From an uncultured Planctomycetota bacterium (GTDB taxonomy: Bacteria > Planctomycetota > Planctomycetia > Gemmatales > Gemmataceae): 64,000 bases of DNA. The position numbers and the translations under genes are program-made. The notes under the pieces were generated by a model that did not search any database, was not told where the DNA came from, and saw only the letters and a list, made by a program, of their open reading frames with translations. Shown here in pieces: positions 30,769-44,710 of this stretch. Numbering within the stretch: position 1 is the stretch's first letter; every line of letters starts with the position of its first letter. The stretch is taken from contig CAWKHF010000003.1 in NCBI GenBank assembly GCA_963849325.1, positions 96,001-160,000 on the forward strand, in the 5' to 3' direction.

Positions 30769-32172
30769 ATGGCCGAGCGTTACGATGTGTTGGTGATCGG
30801 AGCGGGGCCAGGCGGCTACGTGGCGGCGATCCGAGCGGCGCAGCTGGGCATGAGCGTGGCCTGCGTCGAGAAGCGCTCGACGCTGGGCGGCACCTGCCTC
30901 AACATCGGCTGCATCCCCAGCAAGGCGCTGCTCCACTCCAGCGAGCTGTACGACCAGGCCAAAACGCACTTCGACAAGCACGGTATCCAGATCGGCCCGC
31001 TCCGTCTCGATCTCGCCGCCATGCTCGGCCGCAAGGACCGCGTCGTCAAGGGGCTTACCGACGGCGTCGCCTTCCTCTTCAAGAAGAACAAAATCACTTC
31101 CTACGTCGGCGGCGGTCGGCTGCTGGGTGAGGGCAAAGTCGCCGTCACCGGCGCCAATGCCGAGGAGATCATTCTCGAAGCGAAGCATATCCTCCTGGCC
31201 ACCGGCAGCGAGTCGATCCGTCTGCCCTCGCTGCCTTTTGACGGCACGTCCATCGTCAGCTCCACCGAGGCGTTGTCCTTCGAGCGCGTGCCGCAGCACC
31301 TCATCGTTGTCGGCGGAGGATACATCGGCCTGGAACTGGGTTCAGTATGGAATCGGCTGGGCGCGAAGGTGACGGTGCTGGAATTTTTGCCGCGCATTCT
31401 GCCGTTGAGCGACGGCGAGATCGCCAACTTGCTGCACCGTTCGCTCCTCAAGCAGGGCTTGACGTTTCATTTGGAAACGAAGGTCACGGGTGCCGGGTCG
31501 CAGGGCGGACAGATGGTCGTCAACGCCACGCACAAGGGCAAGGACGTGCTCTTCCAGGGCGACAAGGTGCTGGTGGCCGTCGGACGCCGGCCGTACACGA
31601 CCGGGCTGGGGCTGCGCGAAGTCGGCATCAACTCCGACGAGCGGACGGGCCGGGTGTCCGTGGACGAGAATTTCGAGACGAACGTCAAAGGGGTCTTTGC
31701 CATCGGCGACCTCATTGAGGGGCCGATGTTGGCCCACAAAGCCGAGGAAGACGGCATCGCCTGCGTCGAGCGCTGGGCCGGCATGAAAACGCACGTCAAC
31801 TACGATACGGTCCCCAGTGCGGTCTACACCTGGCCGGAGGTGGCCAGCGTCGGGCCGACCGAGGAGCAGGTCAAGGCCAGCGGCCGCGAGTCTCGCGTCG
31901 GCCGCTTCCCCTTCACCGCCAACCCGCGAGCGCGCTGCATCGACGAGACCGAGGGGTTGGTCAAGGTGATCGCCGACGCCCGCACCGACCGCTTGCTGGC
32001 CGTACACATCTTCGGTCCCCACGCCTCGGAGTTGATCGCCGAATGCGTCACGGTGATGGAGTTTGCCGGCAGTGCCGAGGATATCGCCCGCATCTGCCAC
32101 GGCCATCCGACCTTGTCCGAGGCCGTGCGCGAGGCGGCCCTGGCCGTCGATCGTCGCGCCATTCACATCTAG
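30769..32172 (+). CDS. lpdA: Dihydrolipoamide dehydrogenase
   Basis: GAGPGGY, GGTCLNIGCIPSK, MLAHKAEEDG, HPTLSE. Confidence 0.97.
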   Translation: MAERYDVLVIGAGPGGYVAAIRAAQLGMSVACVEKRSTLGGTCLNIGCIPSKALLHSSELYDQAKTHFDKHGIQIGPLRLDLAAMLGRKDRVVKGLTDGVAFLFKKNKITSYVGGGRLLGEGKVAVTGANAEEIILEAKHILLATGSESIRLPSLPFDGTSIVSSTEALSFERVPQHLIVVGGGYIGLELGSVWNRLGAKVTVLEFLPRILPLSDGEIANLLHRSLLKQGLTFHLETKVTGAGSQGGQMVVNATHKGKDVLFQGDKVLVAVGRRPYTTGLGLREVGINSDERTGRVSVDENFETNVKGVFAIGDLIEGPMLAHKAEEDGIACVERWAGMKTHVNYDTVPSAVYTWPEVASVGPTEEQVKASGRESRVGRFPFTANPRARCIDETEGLVKVIADARTDRLLAVHIFGPHASELIAECVTVMEFAGSAEDIARICHGHPTLSEAVREAALAVDRRAIHI

Positions 32173-32222
32173 GTGGTGCCGTCGCGGAGTCGCGTCGGCC
32201 TCACGATCTCCCTCCTACACGT

Positions 32223-32249
32223 TACATCCTGTGTGGATGTACCTTTTTT
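32223..32249 (+). terminator. Probable intrinsic terminator after lpdA
   Basis: tacatcc-tgtgt-ggatgta stem followed by cc and T6. Confidence 0.5.
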
Positions 32250-32433
32250 CCGAAGCGAAGCGCGAAAAAGACTCAAGACGGGATTTCCTTCGCACGTCGA
32301 GGCGGTCAGAATGAACCAGTCCCGTTTTCGGCGCGGCCCATCGGGACGGATGCCGGCGTGAAGCCGGCTGATCCGCGCCGACAGCGGCGCGGATCACGGC
32401 AGGAGTCCGTGCCCGGTCGGTAACGAGACGGCC

Positions 32434-33269
32434 ATGATGCACACGGCTTGGAAAAGGAACGGCGGCGACCCGACATCCCTCGATGTCCGGGGCATCGCCG
32501 CCATCGTTTTCCTCGCGGCCGTTCTGGGACCGTGCTTGTCGGGCTTGCGTGGCGGAGACGACGCTTCGGGTCCGCTGCTGACGGCGCCGACCGAAGCGAG
32601 CGCGGCGAAGGATCTGGCCACGGAAATCCGCGTCCGAACCGCCCTGGAGGCGGATCAATCCCTGGCGCCTCGGAAGCTGAACCTGCGCGTGAAGGTGACG
32701 ACGGGGATCGCTCAACTCTCCGGACCCGTGCCTTCCGCCGAACGTCCGCCGCCGAGTCGTTGAGGTCGTGGCGAAAACCCCCGGCGTCTGGAAAGTCCAG
32801 AGCGGCGGACTGTACCTCGCCAAGGTCCATCAAGGTGTCAAGCCGTTGTCCTTGCCGCTGGAGACGGACAAGCCGACGCAAACGCGGCTCGGCGTCGCCG
32901 GTCCTCCCCTCCGGCACGCTGACCGGACGCGACCCCCTGACGAAATCGAGTCCGAATCGTCCTTCTTCCGGTGTCACCTTGTTGGCGCCGGAGTCCGCCA
33001 CGGCTCCGTCGCGCGGCCCGGAACCGGCGCGCTTGACGGGCAACCCGCGCACTCCGGCGCCGGCGGTCTCTCTCGCATCGGCCCTCGAGCGCCTGCGGCA
33101 GAGCAATCCGAAATTCCGAGCGATTCGCACCGAAGTCCACGGCACGACGGTGCGAATCTTCGCTGGCGATACCCCCGGCGAACACATCATGATCTTCGCC
33201 CGCCGTGTCTCGCGGTTGGACGGCGTCGAGCGCGTCATCGTGCAAGACACCGCTTCCGGGCCGCGCTGA
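32434..33269 (+). CDS. BON-domain protein (frameshifted)
   Basis: DLATEIRVRTAL...LNLRVKVTTGIAQLSGPVPS; second BON-like unit at C-terminus. Confidence 0.65.
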
Positions 33270-33271
33270 TA

Positions 33272-33335
33272 AGTTCTGAGTTCTGAGTTCTGAGTGAAAA
33301 CCAAACTCAGAACTCAGAACTCAGAACTCAGAACT
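33272..33335. repeat. Heptamer tandem-repeat hairpin (AGTTCTG)n ... (CAGAACT)n
   Basis: agttctgagttctgagttctgagtg aaaaccaa actcagaactcagaactcagaactcagaact. Confidence 0.9.
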
Positions 33336-33400
33336 GGAGTAGCGGGCTGGCACGCATCGCCCTTTCCTGTACCCTATTCCCCATCAGAGAGCCCGTTAAT

Positions 33401-33487
33401 TGAACCACGGATTACACGGATACCACGGATAAGAAAACCAAATTCGTATTTTGATTTATCCGTGTTATCCGTGTTATCCGTGGTTCA
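33401..33487. repeat. 9/10-mer tandem-repeat hairpin element
   Basis: tgaaccacggattacacggataccacggataa ... ttatccgtgttatccgtgttatccgtggttca. Confidence 0.9.
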
Positions 33488-33516
33488 TTGGATTAATCCT
33501 GACGATGGGGATGCTC

Positions 33517-34245
33517 ATGACAATGCGCGGCGTCATTCTCGCGGGCGGCAAGGGCACACGGCTGGGCGAGCTGACCAAGGTGACGAACAAGCACCTGTTG
33601 CCGGTCGGCCCTTATCCGATGGTGTACCATCCCCTCAAGAAGCTCGTCGGTGCCGGCGTGCGCGACATCCTGCTGGTCTCCGGCACCGAACACATGGGCG
33701 ATTTCGTCGAGCTGCTCGGCTCCGGCCGCGAGCACCAGTGCCATCTGACCTACCGCGTGCAGGACGAGGCCGGCGGCATCGCCCAGGCGCTGGGCCTGGC
33801 CGAATTGTACTGCCACGACGTGCGCTCGCTGGTGATCCTCGGCGACAACATTTTCCTGGACTCGCTGGGCGATCTCGTCGCCGCCGCCGAACGGCAGCCG
33901 GACCACGCCTGGGTCATGCTCAAGCGCGTCGCCGATCCGCAGCGCTACGGCGTCGCCGAGCTGCGCGACGACCGCATCGTCGGCATCGAGGAGAAACCGA
34001 AGAAGCCCAAGAGCGATTACGCCGTCGCCGGCATTTACCTGTATCCGCCGGACGTGTTCGGCTTCATCAAGACGCTCAAGCCCAGCGCTCGCGGCGAGCT
34101 GGAAATCACCGACGTGAACCGTCATTATCTCGAACAGGGCCGGCTCAGTCATCGCGAACTGCAAGGCTACTGGACCGACGCCGGCACCCTCGAATCGCTG
34201 GCGACAGCCAATCAACTCGTGCAGGCGGAGACACCGATCTATTGA
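33517..34245 (+). CDS. Sugar-phosphate nucleotidyltransferase (glucose-1-phosphate thymidylyltransferase, RmlA/SpsI type)
   Basis: GVILAGGKGTRL, NKHLLPV, LGDNIF, EEKP, SARGELEITD, WTDAGT. Confidence 0.9.
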   Translation: MTMRGVILAGGKGTRLGELTKVTNKHLLPVGPYPMVYHPLKKLVGAGVRDILLVSGTEHMGDFVELLGSGREHQCHLTYRVQDEAGGIAQALGLAELYCHDVRSLVILGDNIFLDSLGDLVAAAERQPDHAWVMLKRVADPQRYGVAELRDDRIVGIEEKPKKPKSDYAVAGIYLYPPDVFGFIKTLKPSARGELEITDVNRHYLEQGRLSHRELQGYWTDAGTLESLATANQLVQAETPIY

Positions 34246-34358
34246 TCGGGTGTCCATCGTTCCTCTCTCGGCCGCTCGCCTGTAACCCTCCCGCGTATCA
34301 CAGGCGTGCGGAGGCTTCGGCTGCCTCCACAAAGCATTTCACCCTGGAGGTCCATTCC

Positions 34359-35042
34359 ATGCCTGCCATTCTCTGCTCCGACGTTCCTCACCAACCGACG
34401 GCGCGGGCCGCCCGCCCGCCGCTCGACGCCGAAGAGACGCGAAGCTCGCTGCTGAACCGTGTGCGCAACGTCACCGATGCCGCCAGCTCGCGCGAGTTCC
34501 TCCATCGTTATGAGCCGCTGCTGTTATCTTTCCTCCGCGGCCGCGGCCTGCAAGAACACGATGCCCGCGACGTGGCTCAGGAGGTCTTTACTCGACTGCA
34601 CCGCGCTCTACCGTCCTTCCGGCTGGATCGTGCGCGCGGGCGTTTCCGCACCTGGCTGTGGCAGGTGACCAGCAGCGCCCTGACCGACTGGTGCCGGGTC
34701 CGCAATCGGCAGGCTCGGGCCGAGCAGGGTTGGCGCGAGCGGCAGGGCGGTGCGGAAGCCGCCGTGGAGAGCAACCGCGACGAACCGTCCCTGGAGCGCC
34801 GCCATCTGCTGGAACGCGCCCTGGCGCGGGTACGAGCGCGGGCCAAGCCGAAGACGTGGGCCTGTTTTGAGCAGCGCGTGTTGCGTGGCCGGACCAGCCG
34901 GGCGGTGGCGTCGGAGCTGGGTCTGACCGCCAACGCCGTCAATGTGAACGCCGCCCGTATCCTGGCCCGCCTGCGTCAACTGTGCGACGCTATCCGGAAG
35001 GAGGTCGCCCATGAGCCGGCCGTCCTGCCTTGCGGAAGCTGA
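34359..35042 (+). CDS. ECF sigma factor
   Basis: TRSSLLNRVR, DARDVAQEVF, RGRFRTWL, VASELGLTANAV. Confidence 0.9.
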   Translation: MPAILCSDVPHQPTARAARPPLDAEETRSSLLNRVRNVTDAASSREFLHRYEPLLLSFLRGRGLQEHDARDVAQEVFTRLHRALPSFRLDRARGRFRTWLWQVTSSALTDWCRVRNRQARAEQGWRERQGGAEAAVESNRDEPSLERRHLLERALARVRARAKPKTWACFEQRVLRGRTSRAVASELGLTANAVNVNAARILARLRQLCDAIRKEVAHEPAVLPCGS

Positions 35043-35226
35043 CTTGCTCTCCGCCGCGACCGGCGAGTCGATGACGGCGGCGGCGCGGGCGCACCTCGCT
35101 CGCTGTCCGTCTTGTGGCCGTCGCTTACGTCGTCTCCAGGGCGAAGTGGCGGTGCTGCGCCACGTTGTCGCCGGCATGGAATGGCCATCGTCCATCCCCC
35201 TCGCCCCACCCGACAACGCCGGCTGA
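35011..35226 (+). CDS. Short zf-HC2 (anti-sigma-type) protein
   Basis: HLARCPSC motif; GGAGG RBS; overlaps the sigma gene end. Confidence 0.7.
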   Translation: MSRPSCLAEADLLSAATGESMTAAARAHLARCPSCGRRLRRLQGEVAVLRHVVAGMEWPSSIPLAPPDNAG

Positions 35227-35456
35227 AGGCGCGGGTGGTCTACCCTCCTCCCTTCTAGCCGGGCAAGGATCGCGGCGCGAGCACACGCCGGCTCGTGTCC
35301 GCGATCTGTTCTGTTACGCCCTCGTGGTCTACGCAGCTGCTTCTCTTCAAATGTCTGACCGGAGGGTCCGGCGCTGGCGGTCGTCCGTCTCCACGGCTAC
35401 ACTGAGGGACAATGAATGCCGCTTGCGGCTTGGCGCACCAATGCCGGAGACCCTCC

Positions 35457-37287
35457 ATGATTTCGCGCTGGATTCTTCGCCTCCCTCCTCCTGATCCTCG
35501 TCCCCCTCGCTCACGCCGAACAACCTCCGTTCTCGCCGCAGCGCTCGGCCGAGCGCATCGAGTTGCCCGAGGGCTTCCGCGCCACGCTGTTCGCCGGCGA
35601 ACCCGACCTGATCAAGCCCATCGCCATGACCCTCGACGATCGCGGCCGGCTGTGGGTCGTCGAATCGCACTCGTACCCCAACTGGCTGCCCGAGGGCAAG
35701 CAAGGCCGCGATCGCGTCCTGATCTTCGAGGACAAAAAGGGTACGGGCCATTTCGATTCGTGTAAGGTCTTCTGGGACAAAGGCACGAACCTGTCGGGCA
35801 TCGCCGTCGGCTTCGGCGGCGTCTGGCTGTGCGCCACGCCGTACTTGTTGTTCATCCCAATGCACACCGGCGAGGACAAACCCGCTGGGCCGCCGAAGGT
35901 CGTGCTCGACGGCTGGAGCCTGCAAGCGAAGCACAACGTCTTCAACACCCTCGTCTGGGGACCGGATGGCTTCCTGTACGGCTGCAACGGCATCATGGCG
36001 ACCTCGAACATCGGCCGGCCTGGAACACCGATGGAGCAGCGCGTCGCCCTTAACTGCGGCGTCTGGCGCTACCACCCCGTCAAGGAGACTTTCGAGTCGT
36101 TCGCCTGGGGCACGACGAACCCGTGGGGACTCGACTTCGACGATTACGGCGAGATGTTCATCACCAACTGCGTCATCAAGCACCTGTTTCACGTCGTACC
36201 GGGGGCGCACTTCGACGCGCATGTACGGGCAGGACCTGGACCCGAACTGCTACGGCCTGATGGCCAGTTGTGCCGACCACATCCACTGGGGCGGCGGCGA
36301 CTGGACCACCTCGCGCGGCGGCCAGGGAGTACACGACGCCGCCGGCGGCGGTCACGCCCACGTCGGCGCTATGGTCTATCTCGGCGACAACTGGCCCAAC
36401 GAATATCGCAATCATATTTTCATGTGCAACCTCCACGGCAATCGCGTCAATCAGGACGTGCTGGAGCGTCACGGCTCCGGCTATGTCGCCCATCATGGCA
36501 AGGACTTCCTGCTGGCGCACGATTCGTGGTTTCGCGGCCTGACGCTGTTGTGCGGGCCCGACGGCGGCGTCTTCGTCAGCGATTGGCACGACACCGGCGA
36601 ATGTCACGATTACGACCGCGTCGAACCGTGCGGCCGCATCTTCAAAGTCACTTTCGGCCAGCCCGCCGCCGTCGTCGCCGGACCTGGCCGCGTTGAGCGA
36701 CGAACAACTCGTCCGCCTGCAACTGCACAAGAACGATTGGTGGGTGCGCCACGCTCGTCGTCTGCTGCAAGAGCGTGCCTACGCCGGCAAGCTCGGCAAG
36801 GATGTCCGTCCATCGCTCTTGAAGATGCTCGACGAACAGAAGGACGTGACGCGCAAGCTGCGGGCGTTGTGGGCGCTGCACGTCACCGGGCCGCTCGAAG
36901 AGAAGACGTTGCTGGACACTGCTGGGCAGCCCGCATGAGGAAATCCGCCGATGGGCCGTGCGTCTGCTCGTGGAAGACAAGCGCATCTCGGACGATGCCG
37001 TCAAGAGCTTCGCGGAATTGGCCCGTAGTGACAAGTCATCGTCAGTTCGCTTCGCGTTGGCGTCGGCGTTGCAGCGCTTGCCGCTCCGCCAGCGTTGGGA
37101 CACTGCCGAGGAGTTGGCCCGACACAAGGAGGATGCGGCCGACGATAACCTGCCGCTGATGATTTGGTACGGTATCGAGCCGCTGGTGCCGGCCGACCCC
37201 GATCGCGCTGCGAAGTTGCTGATGACGTGCCGGATATCGCTGGTGCGTCAGTACATCGCCCGCCGCATTGCCGCGATGGCCGAGTAA
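35457..37287 (+). CDS. PVC-type membrane-bound dehydrogenase domain plus HEAT repeats (N-half of the heme-binding protein family); frameshifted
   Basis: LFAGEPDLIKPIAMTLDDRGRLWV, GTTNPWGLDFDDYGE, GGGHAHVG, SDWHDTGECH, DDNLPLMIWYGIE. Confidence 0.85.
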
Positions 37288-37320
37288 ACTCGCGCCGTCC
37301 CTGAAAAGGAGCGATCTCGC

Positions 37321-38484
37321 ATGTCGATCCAGGTCGTTTGTCAATCGTGCGGTCGCCGGTTGAACGCTCCCGATGACGCGGCGGGGCGCAAGGCCAAGTG
37401 TCCCCGTTGCGGCACGATGCTGCTCATCCAGGCAACCGCGACCGTGACCGCTTCGCCATCGCCAAGACCGAAGGAGCCTACCCCTTCCAAGCGACGGATA
37501 GAGGAGCCGGAAGAACGAATAACGACCGAACCGGAGGAAACGGTGGCGACCGTCCAGGACGTAAAAAAGTCGAAACGAAAAAAACGAAGAAGCCTCCGCA
37601 AGCAGGCGGACCAAAAAGTCCCGACCTGGATATGGTGGGTGAGCAGCCTGGGAGCGGTCTCGGTAGTGGCCGGCATCATGATCGTGGGGACCGTACTTGC
37701 CGGCCACGGGGATGCCCTGCTCTTCTTCAGCGTTCTCATGGCCGTCATGGTGCCGATCAGCACGGTCATTTTGGTGCTCAGCATGTTCATCAGCAGTTGG
37801 CTGGGCGGCGGCATCGAGTTCGGGGAGGCCCACATCGTTATCCCGAAAGCCGCCGGCTTGCTGTTTCTCGTCAACCTGATCGGGCTGTTGCCGTGGGGCA
37901 GTTTGTTGGCGGCCCCGATTTGGCTGTTCGGATTGATGTTCCTGTTTGGCCTCGACCTGTGGGAGACCCGCCTGCTGTGGACGGTCAACTGGGGACTGAA
38001 TTATCTGGCTCGGCTGGCCATGTTCAGTGCGATGATGACGGCGTTTTCGCACGGCGCCTCCCGCCTCGGCCTGGATGGCCCGCCAACCCTCGGCTCGGAG
38101 CAAGAGCAAGCGCTGGAGCTAATCGTGAGCCTGGGCGGCGACTTCTCCACGGAGAACGGTGCGGAGGACGCTCCGGTGGTGAGCATCACTCTGGCGCAGG
38201 ACCCAGGCTCCCGACGCCATCCTGGCTCGGCTGAAGAGTTTCCCCAAGTTACGGAGCCTCGACCTCGACTCGACCCCGATCACCGATGCCGGCCTGGCCC
38301 ACCTGGAGGGATTGACCGCCCTGCGATCCCTGAACCTGTCGCCACGGCCGTCACCGACGTGGGCCTGGCTCGCCTCAAACGATTGAACCAGTTGGAGACC
38401 CTGACCCTTACGGGCACGCGCGTGACTGCGGCCGGGGTCGCCGACCTTCGGACGGCCCTACCGCGCGTGAGAATCATACCCTGA
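37321..38484 (+). CDS. Zn-ribbon / multi-TM / leucine-rich-repeat protein (frameshifts in LRR part)
   Basis: CQSC...AGRKAKCPRC, about five TM segments, VTDVGLARLKRLNQLETLTLTGTRVT. Confidence 0.75.
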   Translation: MSIQVVCQSCGRRLNAPDDAAGRKAKCPRCGTMLLIQATATVTASPSPRPKEPTPSKRRIEEPEERITTEPEETVATVQDVKKSKRKKRRSLRKQADQKVPTWIWWVSSLGAVSVVAGIMIVGTVLAGHGDALLFFSVLMAVMVPISTVILVLSMFISSWLGGGIEFGEAHIVIPKAAGLLFLVNLIGLLPWGSLLAAPIWLFGLMFLFGLDLWETRLLWTVNWGLNYLARLAMFSAMMTAFSHGASRLGLDGPPTLGSEQEQALELIVSLGGDFSTENGAEDAPVVSITLAQDPGSRRHPGSAEEFPQVTEPRPRLDPDHRCRPGPPGGIDRPAIPEPVATAVTDVGLARLKRLNQLETLTLTGTRVTAAGVADLRTALPRVRIIP

Positions 38485-38523
38485 GTCGTTGGCAACCACC
38501 CGCAATATCGGCGAGGAGATATT

Positions 38524-39760
38524 ATGTGGCATTGGATTTTGGCATCTGCAAGTATCGTGATAATTGGGGTTGTGCCTGCATCAGCGGCCGAGGCTCCGAG
38601 GTCCACATCCCGTGCGTTGGCGCCGTTAGTCCGCATCCTTGCCGACTCCGACGATATTGCCGTGCAACTCGATGTGCTGCGCGGCATGCACGAAGCCTTG
38701 CAAGGACGCCGGAACGTGACCGCCCCGGAGGGCTGGTCGGAGGTGTATCGCAAGCTCGCCAGCAGCAAGAACGCCGAGGTCCGCGAGAAGGTACTGCAAC
38801 TGTCCGTCCTGTTCGGCGATCCGCAGGCGCTGGCCGCGCTGCGCCGGACGGCGGCCGATCCGAAAGCCGATGCGACGGCCCGCCGCAACGCCCTGCAAAC
38901 GCTGATCGAGAAAGCGGCCGCCCGATCTGCTGCCGCTGTTGCGCAAGCTCGTCGCCGATCGCACTCTGCGCGGCCTGGCCCTCCGTGGCTTGGCGTCCTA
39001 CGACGATCCGGCAACGCCGGCCCTCCTTCTCGAACACTACGCCTCGTTCAGCGACGCCGAGAAAGCCGACGCCATCGCCACGCTCGCCTCGCGGCCGAAG
39101 TACGCCCTCGCCCTGCTCGACGCGATGGAGAAAGGGCCGCGTGCCGCGCCGCGACCTGTCCGCCTTCACCGTCCGCCAACTCCTCGCCTTCAACGACAAG
39201 AAATTGACCGACCGGCTCACGAAAGTCTGGGGATCGATCCGTCCGCCGTCGGCGGAGAAGGCGACGCTGCTGGCGAAGTACAAGGCGATGGTGCCCGCCG
39301 ACGCTCTCAAGAAGGCCGATCGCAAACACGGCCGATTGTTGTTTTCGCGCAACCTGCGCCAGCTTGTCACACGCTGTTCGGCGAGGGCGGTAAGATCGGC
39401 CCCGACCTGACCGGCTCGCAGCGCACCAATCCCGAATATCTGCTGACCAAGTTGCTCGACCCCAGCGCCGTCGTTGCCCGCGATTATCAAATGACGGTCC
39501 TCACGACGACAGTCGGGCCGTGTCATCAATGGATTGGTCAAGGAGGAGAGCGGACAAGACGCTGACGATGCAGACGCAGAACGAGGTGGTGCGTCTGCCG
39601 AAGTCCGACATCGAGGAGCGCCGCCGTTCGCCGCAGTCGATGATGCCCGATGGTCTGCTGACGCCGCTGACGTCCGGCCGAGGTGCGCGACCTGATCGCT
39701 TACGTGTCCGGTCCCGGTCAGGTGCCGCTGCCGCCAACCGCGCCGGGGGCGGGGAAATAG
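38524..39760 (+). CDS. c-type cytochrome (C-half of the PVC heme-binding family); frameshifted
   Basis: Signal peptide; CASCH recoverable at ~39355; IGPDLTGSQR, SMMPDGLL. Confidence 0.8.
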
Positions 39761-39847
39761 GCATGTCCTCTTTGCGGCTGTTCGCGGACGGCAGTTACAA
39801 TATCCATTGGGTGATCCGTTCATGTCCCGGAATCAGGAGACGGAGTC

Positions 39848-40063
39848 ATGTCCACGGAACCGACGATTGAGCAGCGATTGGCGGCGCTCGAAGCAGCCGT
39901 TAAGGAAATCCAGGACCGATTAGGCTCTCCACCCTCGGACGAGAAGTGGTGGGAGAAGATCGAACCTATCACGGATATTGAGGCGTTTCACCAGATGTTG
40001 GAATACGGCCGCGCCTATCGTTACGCTGACCGTCCGCCAGATGAACCCGGTGAGCAAGCGTGA
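39848..40063 (+). CDS. Putative antitoxin
   Basis: 71 aa acidic ORF overlapping the PIN toxin start (GTGA). Confidence 0.75.
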   Translation: MSTEPTIEQRLAALEAAVKEIQDRLGSPPSDEKWWEKIEPITDIEAFHQMLEYGRAYRYADRPPDEPGEQA

Positions 40064-40488
40064 AATACCTGCTTGACACGGACCACATCAGCTTCCTGCA
40101 AGAACAACGCGGGTCCGAATATGCGGCCTTGATTGCTCGGATCGCGCAGCACTCGTCCGCGGATTTTGCCTTCTCCATCGTCAGCTTCCACGAGCAGACG
40201 CTTGGTGGTCATGCCTTTCTGAATCGCGCCCGAACACACGCTCAGATGATTCGCGGATATAGCCAATTGATGAAAGTCCTAAAAATCTTCCTGACCACGC
40301 CGGTCCTGCCGTTCGACGCTGTGGCCGCCGCCGTCTTCGACAACTTGCAAACACAAGGAATACGTGTCGCCACGATGGACCTCCGCATCGCGGCCATCGC
40401 CTTGTCCCAAGGACTGATCCTGCTCACGCGCAATCGGCGCGACTTCGGCCGAGTGCCTGGCCTGCTCACGGAAGACTGGACAGTTTGA
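40060..40488 (+). CDS. PIN-domain toxin (VapC family)
   Basis: YLLDTD, SFHE, MDLRIAAIAL, LLTRNRRDF. Confidence 0.92.
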   Translation: MKYLLDTDHISFLQEQRGSEYAALIARIAQHSSADFAFSIVSFHEQTLGGHAFLNRARTHAQMIRGYSQLMKVLKIFLTTPVLPFDAVAAAVFDNLQTQGIRVATMDLRIAAIALSQGLILLTRNRRDFGRVPGLLTEDWTV

Positions 40489-40507
40489 AACCTCTTCCGC
40501 CGACTGT

Positions 40508-43202
<2,695 letters not shown>

Positions 43203-43206
<4 letters not shown>

Positions 43207-43874
43207 GGTGCTCCGGCGGCGCGTAGGCGGTTCATGGCGGCCGCCACCCCTTCTTTGGCGCCGAAGATCGCCGAGCCGGCCACCAGGACGCGAGCGCCAG
43301 CCTCGACCACGCGCGGCGCCGTCTCGGCGTCGATGCCGCCGTCCACCTCCAACTCAGCGTCCGGCCGGGCCTGATCGATCATCTGGCGGAGGCGGCGGAT
43401 TTTGCCGAGCGTATTGGCGATGAACTTCTGGCCGCCAAAGCCGGGATTGACCGTCATCACCAGGACCAGATCGACGTCGGCCAGGATCTCGGCGATGGCG
43501 GCGGGTGAGGTCGCCGGGTTGAGGACGACGCCGGCTTTCTTGCCCAGCGCCTTGATGTGCTGCACGGTACGGTGCAGGTTGACCGCGTTCTCGACGTGGA
43601 CCAGCATCGAGTCGGCGCCGGACTCGGCGAAGGCGTCGAGGTAGCGGATCGGCTCCTCGATCATCAGATGGACTTCCAACGGCAGCTTCGTCACTGGCCG
43701 CACGGCTTTGACGACGATCGGACCCATGCTGATGTTGGGCACGAAATGGCCGTCCATGACATCGACGTGAATGCGGTCGGCACCGGCGTGGTCGGCCTCG
43801 CGGACCTGTTCGCCCAGGCGGGCAAAGTTGGCGGCGAGAATGGATGGGGCCAGCTTGATCGCGGCGGTACTCAT
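43203..43874 (-). CDS. rpe: Ribulose-phosphate 3-epimerase
   Basis: APSIL, HVDVMDGHFVPN, MTVNPGFGGQ, EVDGGI. Confidence 0.97.
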
Positions 43875-43878
43875 ACGT

Positions 43879-44653
43879 TTATCCTTGCATATTTTCACGG
43901 AGGAGGGACGCCGGCAGGCGAGCGGCGGCGGCGGACTCGACGAACCAGACGAGCCGCCCGGCCGGCCGGATCGACTGGGACGGCAGGCGTTCCGGGTCGT
44001 CCGGCCCGGCCAGCACCTCGGCGAGACGCTCCGCCTTGTCGGCGCCGGCGACCAGGAATAACACTTCGCGGCCGCGGTTGAGGATCGGCCGCGTCAGCGT
44101 CAGGCGGTCGGTGTGCAGCTGCGGGACGTGGTTGGGTACCACCCAGCGCGTCGTCTCGCGCAGGGCGGCGGTATGCGGGAACAGCGACGCCGTGTGGCCG
44201 TCCGGTCCCATGCCCAGCAAGATCAAATCGAGCGCCGGCGGTTCGCCTCCCGCCGGTACGCCGAAGACGCCGGCGAGGACCACTTCGTAGTCCCGCGCTG
44301 CCGCAGTCTCGGTCGCTCCGCTCCGCTTCCAGGCGATGGATGTGCTCCGCCGGGATGGGTAGGTGTTCCAGCATCGTCTCGCACGCCATGCGATAGTTGG
44401 AATCGGCATGGTCCGGCGGCACGCAGCGCTCGTCGCCCCAGAAGATTTCGACGCGGCCCCAGTCCACCTGTTTGCGGAACGATACGCCGCTCAGGAGTTG
44501 ATAAAGCCGTTTGGGGGTGGAGCCGCCGGATAGGGCGACGGTGAAACGGCTGCGCTCGGCTGTCGCCGCCTGAGCGCAGCGGACGAACTCGTCGGCCGCA
44601 GCCGCGCTGAGAGCGTCGGCGTCGGCGAAGGTAAGAATAGAGCGGGTTGACAT
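43879..44653 (-). CDS. pgl: 6-phosphogluconolactonase (frameshift ~44310)
   Basis: ALSGGSTP, FWGDERCVPP, LLGMGPDGHTASLFP. Confidence 0.95.
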
Positions 44654-44710
44654 GACATGGGCCTCCTCGTATTCTTCTTTCTATCACTCCCCAATTCTCT
44701 GAACAGGCGA

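Noticed and set aside
33294-35042. 582-aa ORF in the track
   Set aside because: Runs through repeats and an off-frame part of the nucleotidyltransferase; only 34359-35042 is the ECF sigma
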